In this document: positions 14,301 to 30,329 of the stretch, piece after piece
Layout: every line of letters begins with the position of its first letter
Position numbering within the stretch: the stretch's first letter is position 1
Assembly: GCA_964016885.1 (NCBI GenBank)
Contig: OZ024740.1
Coordinates: 47,368,001-47,432,000 of the forward strand
Direction: 5' to 3'
DNA from: Eledone cirrhosa
Taxonomy: Eukaryota
DNA length: 64,000 nt
Made by a program: the position numbers and the translations under genes
The notes under the pieces: generated by a model
Told to the model about the DNA's origin: nothing
The model's input: the letters and a program-made list of their open reading frames with translations, nothing else
Databases searched by the model: none

Positions 14301-15582
14301 TTCGTTCGTGTGTGGTGAATAAAATAGTTATAGCTATCAGTAACCTATACCATCGTTCCTCCAATGATACAAGTAGGACAGTGTTGGAAAACGTTCTCTG
14401 GCGTACAGAACGTTAAGTGCAAGATTCGTTTGTGTTCCCAGCGCACAGAATAGAGAACGGTTGCCGCGAGAGAAAGTGTCGCTACATGTCGTGTCACAGA
14501 TGAGGGGTTTACCACCGTGGAACGGGAAGATTGTGGTACCAGAGTTATAGGTTACGTACTGAAATCAACTTATTTTATATATTCAACATCAGGAAATCAA
14601 TATCATCACCAATGGCTAGATTAAGATATGATGATCTGAACCAGAATTACGTAAAACAAAATTGGTTTCTATTAATCTTACCAAGATTTTGTTATGCAAT
14701 GATTCATGAAAATATCTGAGTGGGGAATGGTGAAATCGTCAGTTAACTTGCAATATATTTAAGATACTTTATTTAAACGTTTTCTTTCTCTAACAATCCT
14801 CAAATATTCAGTCGATATTTAAGTTGAGGTTTCAGAGAATATAGAGTCCCCAAAATTTGTAAATATGGGAACTTGGCATGAGCAGGGATAGGACGGAAAT
14901 AAATCCATACAGTCAGAACAAAGAACAATAAACAATTCTACCTGAATGTAGTATTTCTACTTCCTCGTCACTAGAAAAACACTTATTACAGTCTTCTCGT
15001 ATCATTGTGATTGTACTAGAAATATTGGTCTCAGTACCAAAGCAAGTAAGATTCCAGATGTAAACTAATAGGTGTTAGCTATCACTTACAGAAGTAGGTA
15101 ATCATTAACAATTCCCCAAATTCAGTGATTGAAAGAGAACCATAAATTATATACTATGTCTGCCACCCTGCTTGAACTGAAGCAAAGACGTGTATACATT
15201 TCTAATTTATATTGTAAACATACACTAATTGAAAAATTCCATGGATTTCAGGTTCAGTTCGTTAAAGACGGGCGTCCTGGGGCGTATGGTGTTAAAAAAA
15301 TAACAAGCTAGTCAAGAAGAACATCGTTCTGTTAGGGAATATATAATTTTTCCAAGCTCCAGGCCATGTCATGAATTCAAATAATTAACAGAAAGGGAGA
15401 AAGCAAGAAAGAGAAAGTGTGTGTGTATGTGTGTGTGTCTGTGTGTGTGTGGTATGCATGTGTGTATGTGTGCGTGGTTGAGAAGAGAGAGACCTCGATG
15501 ATATTAGCTAACACAATTATCACTGTGTCGCTAGACATTAATTTATTAAGCCTGTGTCAATATTGCTAGCTAATCCGTTTCC

Positions 15583-15613
<31 letters not shown>

Positions 15614-15646
15614 GATATGGAAAACGAAGAATCAGTGATGTTTATT

Positions 15647-15739
15647 ACGTATTACAATTGTTTCTCCGGCGAAAATATCGAGGTGCGATCTGTTTGTGGA
15701 TCGAACCTGACTCTGGATTCGCAAGTTCCTCAGATACGT
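15647..15739 (-). ncRNA. Hammerhead ribozyme with enlarged stem II
   Basis: Minus strand: acgtat-CTGAGGA-acttgcgaa...ttcgccgga-GAAA-CAATTG-TA-atacgt-aataaa. Perfect 6-bp stem I and canonical core. Confidence 0.8.
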
Positions 15740-15846
15740 CTAGTGATTTCGAAGTAAATCCTCTTTCTCATATTATCATACTCTGCTCCGAAGGAGCATA
15801 GAGTGCTCAACCGACATACCGCCTATGGACGCATCCTAGCAACCAT

Positions 15847-15933
<87 letters not shown>

Positions 15934-15973
15934 AAACGAAAAATCAGTGATGCATCTAGACTCAATTTATTGT

Positions 15974-16061
15974 GTGTTACAATTGTTTCTCCGGCAGACA
16001 GCTCGAGACACGATCATTGTATGGATCTGTCTGATTCTAGAACTGCAGGTTCGTCGGACAC
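15974..16061 (-). ncRNA. Hammerhead ribozyme (CCGACGA core, enlarged stem II)
   Basis: Minus strand: gtgt-CCGACGA-acctgcag...ctgccgga-GAAA-CAATTG-TA-acac, inside the fold-back at about 15930-16160. Confidence 0.75.
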
Positions 16062-16239
16062 TTCCAATAACATCGGAACAAATATTCTCGCTGTCTGCGT
16101 GCGAAACAATTGTAACACAATAAATTGAGCCCAGATGCATCACTGATTTTTCGTTTTATTTTATATCACACTCTGCTCTGTAAGAACATAGAGTGCTTAA
16201 CTGGCATACCGTCTATGGAAGCATCATAGCTACCATTAA

Positions 16240-16335
<96 letters not shown>

Positions 16336-16348
16336 TACATATATACAC

Positions 16349-16430
<82 letters not shown>

Positions 16431-18419
16431 TGTGTGTGTGTGTGTACGTGTAAATACCTAAATGTATGTATATGATGTCGCTTTGCTGATGTTTCTACAT
16501 CATTCAATGTCATGGTAGTTTTCCCCGTCATATCTAAGAGGTTTCATACATAATTGTTTCCCCAATGTCTTCCTTGAAAGACAGTTTTCTCTTGATGAAG
16601 ATTTTTTACTGGTAAGATGTAATTATAATTTAAAGACCGACAATGATTTTTCAAAGAACTGAAACAAGTTAGCTCAAGTTTAGTATAATCCAATATGCAG
16701 GTTTATTCAATTCCTCACAAAAGCACCGCTTATCAAAATATAATAAATTTAGTTAAATATATTTGTTTCTGTTAATTACGAAACTGAGGTGTTTCTATAT
16801 GGAACCGAATAAATATAAAAACTGGACTATGCATGAATTTATGTGTGTACGCGTGCGTCTCCGTAGAGAAAGCGATGGAGAGAGAAAGAAAGAGGGAGGG
16901 AGAGAGAGAGATAGGCGGACTGATAGACACAGAGGGAAAAGGAAACAAAAAACAGTATAAGGTTTAAAAAACTACACATAATTGTCGACAAATACAATAA
17001 TTATGATTTCATATTCAAGAATGTTTTACAATTCTTTTAACTCCACCTGAAGATTTGATTACATTTTAGGCCACTTCAATAGAGATGAAAACAATTTCAA
17101 AATGACTTTTGTTGAGAGAGTTAGTAATTTGAAATTCCTTTAATGGAAACAAGATCGTTCTATCACTCTTATTACAGACAACTGGATGTGATATTTTTAC
17201 AGAAAAACAATTCATCAGATCTATAAAATTATTATGTTGATATTGATTTTAGAACATTAACAGTATAAGGCAAGTCCAAAAACAAAACCTGAGAATCAAA
17301 CCTGGATATAAACTCAGTTTGGGGCAGACAAAACAAAAACTAAATATTAAATAATCAAAGTACAAGAAGATTAAAACTTAGTTGTATATCATTTTAGATT
17401 AATTTTCGTGATTAAATTTAGTAAAGGTTGTAAACGTTTCTCTTTCATTCCCTATTTTGTCTTTTATCTGAAAAGAATGTGGAAAGCCTACATACTTCTT
17501 GGAGCCCTTTAAATTTAGGCGTGATAATGAAGGTCAATGTTCATTTTGATTAGGAAGTTCTGCAAAACAAATATTAGTCAAAATGTTTACCATTGGGTTT
17601 ATAAAACTCAGCATAGTGTATCTATGTGAAATAAATATCTGTGGATCTAGATACCTTACAAAGACTTATGGCGACTCTCTATACCTAAGGTAATGTATAT
17701 AATATCGCCTCGCAGATATTCCTATATAATTCAGTATCATGGGAATTTTCCCCGTCATAAAAGCTATCTAGTGTAATGTTTTCCCAATGTTTTATGGTCT
17801 AAGACTATCTTCTGATGATGAAGTAGATTTGTTACAGGTGAGATGTAATTAGAAATGAAAATGAATTTCATATTAAGGTTCTTATATTACAAGGATAAAA
17901 TAACTGTCAGAAATAAGACATGTTCCACAGATACTTCAGATATACATATATTTTACTGAAGAAAATTACATTACATGTGAAAATGAAATTACCAACCTAA
18001 AAACTTTTAATTCCAACATTTTTTAAAAGCGCACTTTATGATTGTTTTGTGTTATGTTTATAAATATGGAACGATATTCTTAAAACTATGGTTGAAAAGT
18101 AAGTGAAAATTCACATGTAAATCATTAATTTAGTGAAAGGCCAGGGAAACTTGCTGAATCCTAGAGGCATCATCAATTTCTACATACATCAGAGCAATAT
18201 TAATTTGTTTATCGACACTCATATATTCTTCTATACTTATTGAAATATTACTGGCATAGAAAGAATAAACTCTATGAATATATAAACTTCAAAGTCACCT
18301 CGGAATATACACCCAGATATAAAGAGTAACATAGGATTAAGCAATGATGAAAACAAAATGTAAAAGAAATGAGTTAAATTTTATTCAAGATTCTATTTTT
18401 AATTTAATTTCATTTACAG

Positions 18420-18538
18420 ATGCTCTGGGACAACACCACATCTTTTGGCTGTAGTATCCGTCAGTGTCCTACCCTTAATCTTGGAGGAGGAAAAGTCATT
18501 AACGAGCCATCCTTCCTAGTGTGTCTCTATTGGCCAAG
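18420..18538 (+). CDS. Next exon of the CAP/SCP gene
   Basis: tttacag acceptor, ag|gtaagt donor; in frame with the 2366-2581 exon. Encodes MLWDNTTSFGCSIRQCPTLNLGGGKVINEPSFLVCLYWP, completing the Q-x-x-W..GC motif and the VCxY-x-P motif. Implied intron about 15.8 kb. Confidence 0.9.
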
Positions 18539-19738
18539 GTAAGTTAGCTTCGTATTTAACGTTATTTTTTACTGATGAACTCTTAATTACTTCAACGTGG
18601 TAGCTTCTCCTTGCCTCATTCAGACACACCCACTACAACGGTCTGAGCTTTTATTGTAATTTGTGACCCAGTAAGATGTATAGAAACACTTATTCTATTT
18701 ATGGCAATTAAATCCATCAAATATTTAAAATTGAAACATCATGTTTGTTTATGCGAAATGTTTTTAGCTACTAATCATAAAAGACGGGCCATGCAGGAGT
18801 GAACTCTCTGCTAAATATAACAGATGTCTCAATTGATACAAAACACTTTCTCCACAACGGAAGATGCACATTTGTAAATTCTTGGTGGCGATATTTCAGT
18901 TCTTTCGCAAAATAATTTTATCATGAGTCTGCATAAAAGCTGATACAATACTTGCTTTCTTATTAACAAGTATAGAAAAAAAAAAGTTTACAAATTTTGC
19001 GCTTGAATCATTCCACTTATTTGAGAGGAAGTAGTTTATATACGACATCTGCATGGGGTTGTTGTTTTAATAGAAATTAAGAAGATAACTTAAAAGGTTC
19101 TGTCTTCCAACATGGGTGGTATCATGAATAATTCAGCTTGTATTCCTAAACATATTTCCTTCTTTATTTAAATTCCTATGTATCTTTATCAACCAGCACC
19201 ACCTTTGTCTGATGGGGACTGCTATTATGTAGTGAAACTATTCAAATAATCTAGTACAAATAAACAAATTCAAATGATTCACTACACGACTAATATTTAA
19301 TAGAAATCTAAATATATTATGCCCATGATATGTGTGCTTTATGTGTGTAGAACAAAGTCAAAAGAATACAATAGCAAGGCAGTACTTGTTCTTTTTTGTA
19401 TTTTTTCCTAGTTATGGATTGTTTTCATTATTTTTTCGGTAGCTTAATTTATTAATCATGAAACATAATGTAAATAATATATGAGAATGTCTTAAAATAT
19501 GCGTTTACTATGTGTGGGTGTGAGTATGTGCAAATTGGATATGAATTTTAATAATGGAAATGTAGTGTATAAACAGAAATTAATAGAACATAATATTTCT
19601 TTAGTGTACACTTTTAAAGCAACCTTAGCTTAATCACTACAAATAATGCATCTTATGCTTACTTTTTGTTCCATAGCTTTCTTCTGTTTCCTCGTTCAGT
19701 TTCATCCTTGAATTTTACAGCATGTTTGTGTGTACTAT

Positions 19739-19895
19739 AGGCGGCGAATCGGCTGAGTCGGTAGAACGTCGGATTGAATGTTTTATGGTTTTCATTTCGG
19801 CTCTCTGCTCTCTGAGTTCAAATCCCGGCGAGGACAACTTTGCCTTTCATCCTTTCGAGGTCGATAAAAAAATACCAGTCTAGTACTGGGGTCGA
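19739..19895 (+). mobile_element. SINE family A (variant)
   Basis: ggcggcgaatcggctgagtcggtagaa...gagttcaaatcccggcgagg..ttgcctttcatcctttcgaggtcgataaaa. Confidence 0.8.
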
Positions 19896-20313
19896 TTCTT
19901 TCTCAACATCTCTTTTTCCTTTCCTCTTTCTCACTTTCTATCTTTTTCTGGAAGAAATCTGCTGTACTCAGGCCTGGAGAGGGATGGGCTCCGCCAGGCT
20001 TAAAATGACCAAGAAACGCCGTATGTCAATACAGCGCCCTTACGATTCTATCAGGAGTAAGGGGACAATACATACATACATGTGTGCACTAAATTACACT
20101 ATTCTGTAGAGCTTCTACTATTCATTATTTCAAAGCCAAAGTTTAATACTGTCACTACTTAGAGATTTTCATTTTTCACATTCTTCGAATGAAATATACT
20201 TCAATCTCCTCAGATGTGTCAGTGTAACGACACGAAGGAACTATTCAACGGACGGACACACACACATTCACACACACGCACACACATTCACACACACACC
20301 ACACACACACACA

Positions 20314-20360
<47 letters not shown>

Positions 20361-20965
20361 TCACCCCTCCCCCATACACACACACATACTTTCATATTAG
20401 ATACACGTGTGAGTGAGTGTGTATGTATGTAAGATTTCCATTTTTACGTTTTTATTAAAATCTTTCGGCTAAGATGAGCTGTTTCTTAATCCTTTAGGAT
20501 TTACATTACTCTATATTTACTATTGTATTTTCATGGTAAAAGCTTTACTTCACATAATTATCTCACATAATATCGAATCTACGAGATTTTGATATTATTT
20601 ATTTTGAGAACAATACCTTAACATACGTATGAGTGGCTATTACAGCTGCTTTGAACAGAAAGAGGTGAGAGAATCCTTGCCGGATACAGCCGGTTTGAAT
20701 AGAGATAGAAATAGATGTCTTTTCTGTAGTTAAACCACAGGAAATGTGTATGAACAGTTGTATTGTTTATAATAGCAGCGTGGTTAAAATATGCAATAAA
20801 GAAGAAGACTAATTGCATACATTTATTATTTTTTTATATAGTAAGGAGGAAGTATGTTCGGGTTTTTATATACTTGATGATATTTTAATGCTTTGTTTCA
20901 TTGTTTGTTTTGAAATACTTTTTATCCATGACATTTATTTAAATTACGCTGGCAAGTAAATGTGC

Positions 20966-21160
20966 AATAATTGTTTCTAGTTTTGGCACAAGGCCATCAA
21001 TTACCCAGTACATTACTGGTACTTTATTTTATCGACCCCGTAGGGATGAAAGGCAAAGTTGACCTCGGCGGGATTTGAACTCAGACCGTAAAGGGAGCAC
21101 GTAACTATGCTGGAAGGCATGGCGTCCGACTCTCTACCGATACTGCCAATCCACACCCGT
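20966..21160 (-). mobile_element. Full SINE family A copy with probable TSD
   Basis: Complete body; gtaaatgtgcaataat occurs on both sides (about 20956-20971 and 21165-21180). Confidence 0.88.
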
Positions 21161-21399
21161 GGATGTAAATGTGCAATAATCACTGTACTCTTTAAACGTG
21201 TAGTTAATCAGCTGCAAAGATGTGTCTATGTCTTTATAATTAAGTTAAAATATTTCTTGAAATTGAGAACTTCCTAACATCTAAAGCTACGATGAAGCCA
21301 AAGAAGGCTGCGCTCCGACTTGAATGTACTACAATGACAGAAAGTAGTAAAGAAAGAAACACACAAAACAAATAAATAAATGAGTAGCCCCGGGGAACA

Positions 21400-21615
21400 A
21401 ATAATGATTTCTAACATTGGCACAATGCCAGCAATTTATGTGAAGGAGGAAAGTTGAATTTATCGACCCAAGCGCTTGACTGGTACCTTATTTTATGGAT
21501 CTCGAAAAGATGAAAGAAAAAATTGAGTTCGGTGCGATTTGAACTCAGAACGCAGAGAATCATAACTAAATGTCACGAAGCATTTTGTCCTACGCTCTAC
21601 TGATACTGTTAATCT
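21400..21615 (-). mobile_element. Diverged SINE family A copy
   Basis: gactggtacc..gatgaaag..gatttgaactcagaac. Confidence 0.7.
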
Positions 21616-22484
21616 TCAAATAGGAAGCATATAATAATAATTTTTGTAATCTAGAAGCGAAATAAATCCACTAAAAATTGTTGCGTAAACATTTTCTAGA
21701 CTCTGGAGAAACAATTTATCAAAAATACAAAAATGATGAATAAAATATATCTTTAATTATAGAATATAAAGCATTCTAAACATTTGTTACAATGAAGCAA
21801 GAATTATAACATCTCATAGCCATATAGTTACGAGAATTGTTGAAATAATTGTTCTCCCTCTTATGAAAAGTTAATACACTTTCAAATGTCAGTGAATACT
21901 TGTTTCTCTTTTTTACTAAAAGCATTGAAGAGTATTGGAGTTTCAGCTTGCAAGGGTATCTTTCTTATCTATAGCGTTCATTATCTTCAATTTCCAGAGA
22001 ATATTACTTACTTACAATAATTAAGCCTTTTCTCGTTTATTTTCATTTATCATTAAAAATATTTATTTAATCTGTCAGCTCTCAGAACCTAGCAGAAAAT
22101 TGCCCCCAAGTTATGGCTTACAAATCTGTTATTACGAAATAAACCAACACATTTTCCCAGCGACTCTTATTGCAGCTAGACGTCTAAAGCAGCTGCAAAT
22201 TAAAGACACAATATTTTCGTTTCTTTTGAGGACAACATGGGAGTAAGGAATTTTTCATTTCAACAGATGAATAGTATTTAAAAAGCTGACTTAGAACAAA
22301 ATAGATTAGAGAAAAATAATATATGAAAATAACATCCTGTTAAATTAATAATTAGTATCCTCAAGATACAGAAGTAGCTTTTAAAATTGTCCTCGACAAT
22401 AATGCGGACTAGCAAAATTATCTGCAGTAAGTTGGCTGTAATAACTAATTCATTCCAGAAAATAGATCTATCTATCTATCTCTA

Positions 22485-22592
<108 letters not shown>

Positions 22593-22895
22593 GAGAGAGA
22601 GGGGGGGACATTGGTATAGTGAAAGGCATTTAATTTTAATTATTTGTATGAGATATTTCTTAGCATTTGTCATGCAAAAACATGTTAGTTAACTCTAATG
22701 TGAGCTATTCACATTTTGATATGGCTCTGAACTATTTATACAAAGTATTCGAAAGTAGAAGTTGAAAAACCCTTAGCCGGGCTTTAATATTCGCGAAACT
22801 GCAGCGAATTTGATATCCAAGCTGTGTTGCCAAATCTTTTACGTATAAGCTTCAGGCTTTATTTCGAAAGAGACTTAATACTTGTGTATGAACAA

Positions 22896-22954
<59 letters not shown>

Positions 22955-22983
22955 CGCGCGCATGAGTGTGTGTGTGTATGCAT

Positions 22984-23071
<88 letters not shown>

Positions 23072-23596
23072 TCACACGCATACGTATATATATATACACT
23101 ATATATGTATGTATGTATGTATGACTGTATAGACGCATTTATAAAGCAATGCGTGTTTATTTATCATGTAGTATACTATCGGTTTCCCGATCTCGGTCTT
23201 CAAGACTTACTTATTTATAGAAAAGTATGAAAACCACTTTGCAAAAATAAATTTCAAATTTCCTCCTTCGTCAAGGTGAATAGCTCAACCTTAGGAGGTG
23301 TAAGTTAATATTATTATGTTTTTGAAGGTGCTAGAGTAAAAAAGTAATGTAATTGTTTAAAGTTGGAAGAAAACCAAAAAGTTGAATTTGATCAAGGGTA
23401 ATTAACTTCCGTTAATTGAGAGAATAATATTGACAAGGAAACGGAAAATGAATATAGTAAAGAAACATAAATATACTTCAAGAAATTCTGGAATAGTTGC
23501 ATAGGTTAAGAGTGCACGTCCTTGATTTTATACTACAACAACTAGCTAATGCAAAATCTTTAGGAAACTAAATAAAAGAAAACATGCTTACAATAT

Positions 23597-23930
23597 GAAG
23601 GCACATGGCTTAGTGGTTAGAGCATTGGGTTTGCAATCGAAAGGTTGTGAGTTCAATTCCCGGACCGGGTGATGTGTTGTTTCCTTTAGCAAGACACTTT
23701 GTTTCACATTGCTCCAGTTTACTCAGCTGTAGAAATGAGATGATAGCACTGGAGTCCCTATCATTCCACTGCAAAGTGGTCATGGAGGTGCCACGTCAAA
23801 AATAAAAGCACACAGCGCTCTCTGTAAATGAGGTTGGTGTTAGGAAGGGCATCCAGCTGTAGAAATCAAGCCAGAATCAGTTCCCGTATGAGCACGACAA
23901 GGTCAGCCGACCGCACACTGCCCACAACAG
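23597..23930 (+). mobile_element. tRNA-derived SINE, family B
   Basis: A box tggcttagtggttag, B box gagttcaattcc, CORE-like gcaagacactt, 3' ggaagggcatccagctgtagaaa. Confidence 0.8.
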
Positions 23931-24312
23931 GACAACAGGACGTTTGTACATTACCCTATGTACTATACATACACTTTTTGATGAGTTGTAGTGCACCTGA
24001 GCACTGTACACAATATTTTCATTATCATTATCATTAAAGTGGGGCCATGCCACGGCACACATCGGAATGCTTGAGAACACAGATGAAAAAGGAACACATC
24101 AAAATTAACCGAATATAATTAGAAATTAAAAGAAAAAGCTTCTAAAGTATTAAATTAAATGATACATATCATACCAAATTAGAAGTAAAGAATGTGACTT
24201 GTAAACAATAGAATGAAGGCAAATCCTCGAAATTATTCACAATTAGAGCAGAGAATGTTTGGAAAAAAGCAGGCACCATCAAAGCTGAAAGCATTTTTTA
24301 CCTAACTTTAAA

Positions 24313-24395
24313 AGAAGAAGAAGAAGAAGAAGAAGAAGAAGAAGAAGAAGAAGAAGAAGAAGAAGAAGAAGAAGAAGAAGAAGAAGAAGAAGAAG

Positions 24396-24431
<36 letters not shown>
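24313..24431. repeat. (GAA)n(CAA)n microsatellite
   Basis: Directly visible. Confidence 0.97.
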
Positions 24432-24432
<1 letters not shown>

Positions 24433-24826
24433 TATTTAGCCAGCTAGAAACATATGTGTGCACAGCTTACTACACCGAGGATAGGAAAGTGAAGAAGGAA
24501 GCGGAAGGCTGAAGAACTAGTTTCAAAATACGCTTTGTATTTTCCATACCATGTGGAGATAATCATAAGTTGTCGTAGCCCACTAGATTAGTTAGCTCAA
24601 TGCTATTTTTTTTAGATAAAGATAAATTACTCAATATATGTGCATCGAGTGTCGTATATTTATGATATTTTATATATAATTTATCAAAGATCATACGATA
24701 TATATATATAAATATATATATATACCCAGGGAGTGTAACTTGGAGTTACTGTAGGTTCACCCAAGTGAGCACTCGATGTTTAGGTTCTCTTCAGTGTCGA
24801 GGTGTAGAGCTAGACAGAGTGTATTA

Positions 24827-25503
<677 letters not shown>

Positions 25504-25616
25504 GATTTTTACACTCTACTAATGTAATAAGTACTTTGCTAAATGTTGCTACCTCGATTGAACCTGGGATTCTCTCTCTCTCTCAGATACAGATATATAT
25601 ATATATGTATATACAT

Positions 25617-25678
<62 letters not shown>

Positions 25679-25762
25679 GAAAAGTATAGAAATTGTTGTA
25701 GCGAGAAGCTAACAGTATTCCATAACATATATATATATATAAACTTTAATCTGTTAGATTTA

Positions 25763-25829
<67 letters not shown>

Positions 25830-25999
25830 TAAAAGATTAAAGTTTAACCAAAGAATCGCTGCTTCCACCCTTAACGGGATCTTCTGAAACTAAAGAAGTC
25901 AATCTGTGAACAATATTTGCTCGACGGTTCTTATATATCTGATATATATTTATCCTTATCGAGCCCTCTTTGGATTTTAGTCTTCAAATTTATTATTAT

Positions 26000-26085
<86 letters not shown>

Positions 26086-26282
26086 CTATGTAATAAACAA
26101 CATAAGGCAATTATTTCATTTACCAGTAGTTTCTTAAAAGCAAAAAAATGTTGCTTTCAATCATCTGGTAAATGAAATAATTGCCTTATGTTGTTTATTA
26201 CATAACTATTAAGCTCTGTTACCTACATAGAGCACTCTTTTTTCCTAGACTTTTCCGACGGAATTACTTCATTCACACACAC

Positions 26283-26328
<46 letters not shown>

Positions 26329-26350
26329 CAGTGAAGTTCTTATCACTTAT

Positions 26351-26386
<36 letters not shown>

Positions 26387-26744
26387 TATTAAATATATAA
26401 ATATGTGTGTGTGTGTGTGGTGTGTGCACGTGTGTGTGTGCGTGCGTGTGTGTGTGCGTGTATCTGTGTGTGTGCGTCTGTGTGTGTGTGTGTATGTGTG
26501 TGTGCGTGTGTGTGTTTCGCTTCGTTTATATGGCTGATATGGTTCCTATGCAATGTTTTCACGTTCTGTCAAAAATGAGAACAGTTTAACACCGCGAGCC
26601 CCAAATGTAATTAGGAAGACTTGGAGTGGAATTAACAATGTTTATTTGCCAGGAATGTAGTAGAAGTGAATGCAATAATCTAGATTTAGGCGACCTGATA
26701 TTATTAGTACATATATGCCTGGGTGCCTGTCTGGATGTGCGCCT

Positions 26745-26804
<60 letters not shown>

Positions 26805-26896
26805 GCCTGTGAATGTGCGTGATTATACGTGTATGTGTATTTGAGTACGTGCAAGTAAATAAACATGCACACACACATATACATACATATATATAT

Positions 26897-26975
<79 letters not shown>

Positions 26976-27925
26976 CGAGACTTTGTGGTACATGTGCGAC
27001 TAAGCGTATTCATTAATGCATGGGAATATGATGAAGATAAGCAAATTTGCGGGGGCGATCGGTGAATCTGTGAAAATATTTAGTGCTGAGCACATTAAAT
27101 ACGTCTGATGAGAGTGAAAAGTGAGAACATATCATCATTATCAGTCATTATCTTCATCATCAACAACAATAACAGTGGTAACATTAGCAACAGTCATAGC
27201 ATCACCTGCAACACAGAGATAAAATGGAAATAATAATATACACAGTAAGTAATAGAGAGAATGATAAGCAGAAAAGCAGAAAGCTAACACAAAAGCAGGC
27301 AAATGTAGATTCAGAAGCAAAAACAGCATTGGGGCTTGTGTAAGTAGGGGTTGAAGAGTAACTTAACTGCAGAGGCAAAGGGAAAATACATGAAGTGATA
27401 GAGAAAGGGGTAGAATTAAAAATGCACCTTGAGTAAATTATAAGCTTGAACACCTATTTACATGTATACATAAATATATACACGCATGCATTCATATATA
27501 CAGGTATACATACGTTCATATGTACACACAACTTGCATATGCGCATAACATAAATACATACATATACAAGGTATGGTTTACATGACTTACAGTTTCATGT
27601 AGGGCTTCCCTTATAAGGTTTTGTGACTTAGCAGCTGATTGTGTTAACCGCTTACCATTGAGGAGAGCCGTTATATTTAACAGTGATTCCCATGACAGAT
27701 CTCTTGTCGTTACCGGTCACCTCCGTAAAAGGTAATCTTATTCCCCCCTATGTCCTTCGAAAAATGTTAACCGGACAAAATACTGATTCTTCTGATTAGA
27801 CCAACTTTATCAGTATAATTTATCGACTGTACTAATTGTTTATCCTTCTGTATATAGAGTATATATGTATATAATTTAACGTGTGTAGAAAGAAATACAC
27901 ACAAAAACGTACAGTGGATGTATGA

Positions 27926-27976
<51 letters not shown>

Positions 27977-28039
27977 TGTGTGTATGTGTGTGTGTTTATA
28001 TATATATATATATATGTATGTATGAAAGCCTTTTTCTCT

Positions 28040-28270
28040 TTTTGCTCTTGTTCAATGGAGTTGGAGTCATCCTAGGTCAGCCATCATCCCAGAAACGTCA
28101 TTGTGCATAGAGTCGACCAGTGCCCTCCATGCTGGCGGTCCCGTGCCAGCCCCTCTGTATACTCCACGTCGAGTCTCTGGAGAACTTCTTTAATCACATC
28201 CAGCCATCTCGTGTGGGATCTGCCGCAGGTCCATTACGACAGTAAGGCCTTGGTAGGATGATCTGGTGGG
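28040..28270 (-). mobile_element. RTE-like LINE extreme 3' fragment
   Basis: Minus strand GRSHTRWLDVIKEVLQRLDVEYTEGLARDRQ resembles the RTE GRPxxRWxD..A.DR..WR terminus. Confidence 0.6.
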
Positions 28271-28530
28271 AAGTGGAAGCCCTGGGTCTTCGTGGGGGGT
28301 CAGAGTTTCTAGCGCCCTCAATCTGAGGGATGAGTTGTGTTATATATATTTTTTTCTCATTACATTAACAATACAATTTTCAAATACAAGTCTCCCTCAA
28401 CTCATCAGATAGGTCATCTTAAACGTTTCATATTAAGATGGCCGAATTGAGGACCCGGGAGGGTCCAATATTAGATTCACCCTGTAAAACCCGTGTATTC
28501 AGAACATGAACTGCTGTTGGTATAATACAA

Positions 28531-28609
<79 letters not shown>

Positions 28610-28655
28610 ATAAGAAACGGAGAATCAGTGGTGCAGCGAATAACATTTATTAGAA

Positions 28656-28744
28656 ATATTACAATCGTATCTCTGACGACCATCTCGAGGCATGATCCAT
28701 GCAATGATCAAACCTGACTCTGAAATCGCAAGATCCTCGGATAT
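28656..28744 (-). ncRNA. Decayed hammerhead of the enlarged-stem-II family
   Basis: atat-CCGAGGA-tcttgcga...tcgtcaga-GATA(for GAAA)-CGATTG-TA-atat; homologous to 15647-15739. Confidence 0.6.
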
Positions 28745-28872
28745 GTCTCGATTCTACGAAGCAGAGCTTATATATATATATATATGTAGAAGTTCTATTT
28801 AAATTGTTGGGATACAACAAGCAAATATTTTTATAACTGATATAAAGCACTCAACAAATTATTGGAGTAAAA

Positions 28873-29417
<545 letters not shown>

Positions 29418-29836
29418 AATAGAGCGAGAAACGGGACTGACCATCATCAGTGATCTTCTGACTATCATCGATATTTTTTCGCATTAAAGACCAGATACTT
29501 CAACATCAGTGCGAGCAATAACTAAAATAAGTTATTGGGACAGAGCGAATTGGGTGGAGAAAGTGGGACAGTAAACAAACAAAAGTAGTAATGCAACGTA
29601 AAGAGAGGAAATGAGAGACAAGTCAATGATACATATGAACTTAAGTTCGACCAAATCAACGACGAGAAGACGGCAGACGCGTCCGAACCCTGCGAAATGT
29701 GAGCAAGAAAAGTATGTCACATAGGTCAGAGGGGAGGAAGTGAGAGAGGGGGAGCAGCAGAGAGTGAGTGAGTGAAAGTGTGAGGAACGGTTTGAGCTCT
29801 GCCGTCGGGGTTCTGACTCTTATATATATATATATA

Positions 29837-30250
29837 TAATCATGAAGTACAAGTCAACAGGTTATAATTCACTTCGTTTATTCATCATCGCTGTTACATA
29901 ACCTTTGTGCAACAGTTATGACCTCATCAGATAGCTAGAAGTTGAACAGAAAAAAAACAAAACAAAAAACTTACTTCTGTTGTTTCGATTCATTCATATA
30001 CCTCGGGCTGATATTTAGTGTTGCTTTTTCAAATGCCAGTCCGGGGCATATCAATGAATCGAAAAAACAGAATTAAGTTTTATGTTTTTTCTGTTTTTTT
30101 CTGTTAAACTTATAGCTGTCTGATGAGGTCATAACTGTTGCATAACGGTTATCACTGAAATAATATAACAGCGATTATGAATAAACGAACTGAATTATAT
30201 AACCCGTTGATTTGTACTTCATGATTATAATTATACTCCGGAGTATCAGT
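29837..30250. mobile_element. Fold-back cassette with hammerhead at 30115-30172 (+)
   Basis: Inverted arms of about 190 bp; gctgt-CTGATGA-ggtcataactg..cggttatcact-GAAA-taata-TA-acagc; tail tactccggagta. Confidence 0.8.
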
Positions 30251-30329
30251 CTGGTTTTGGTCTAATAGAACGCTAACAACGAGGTCCTCAGAATCGGGAC
30301 GTAACTGGACTGAAGAGTCTTCGTTCTTA

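Noticed and set aside
28370-28445. CTGATGA and GAAACGTT on the minus strand
   Set aside because: Order and stems do not assemble into a coherent hammerhead.
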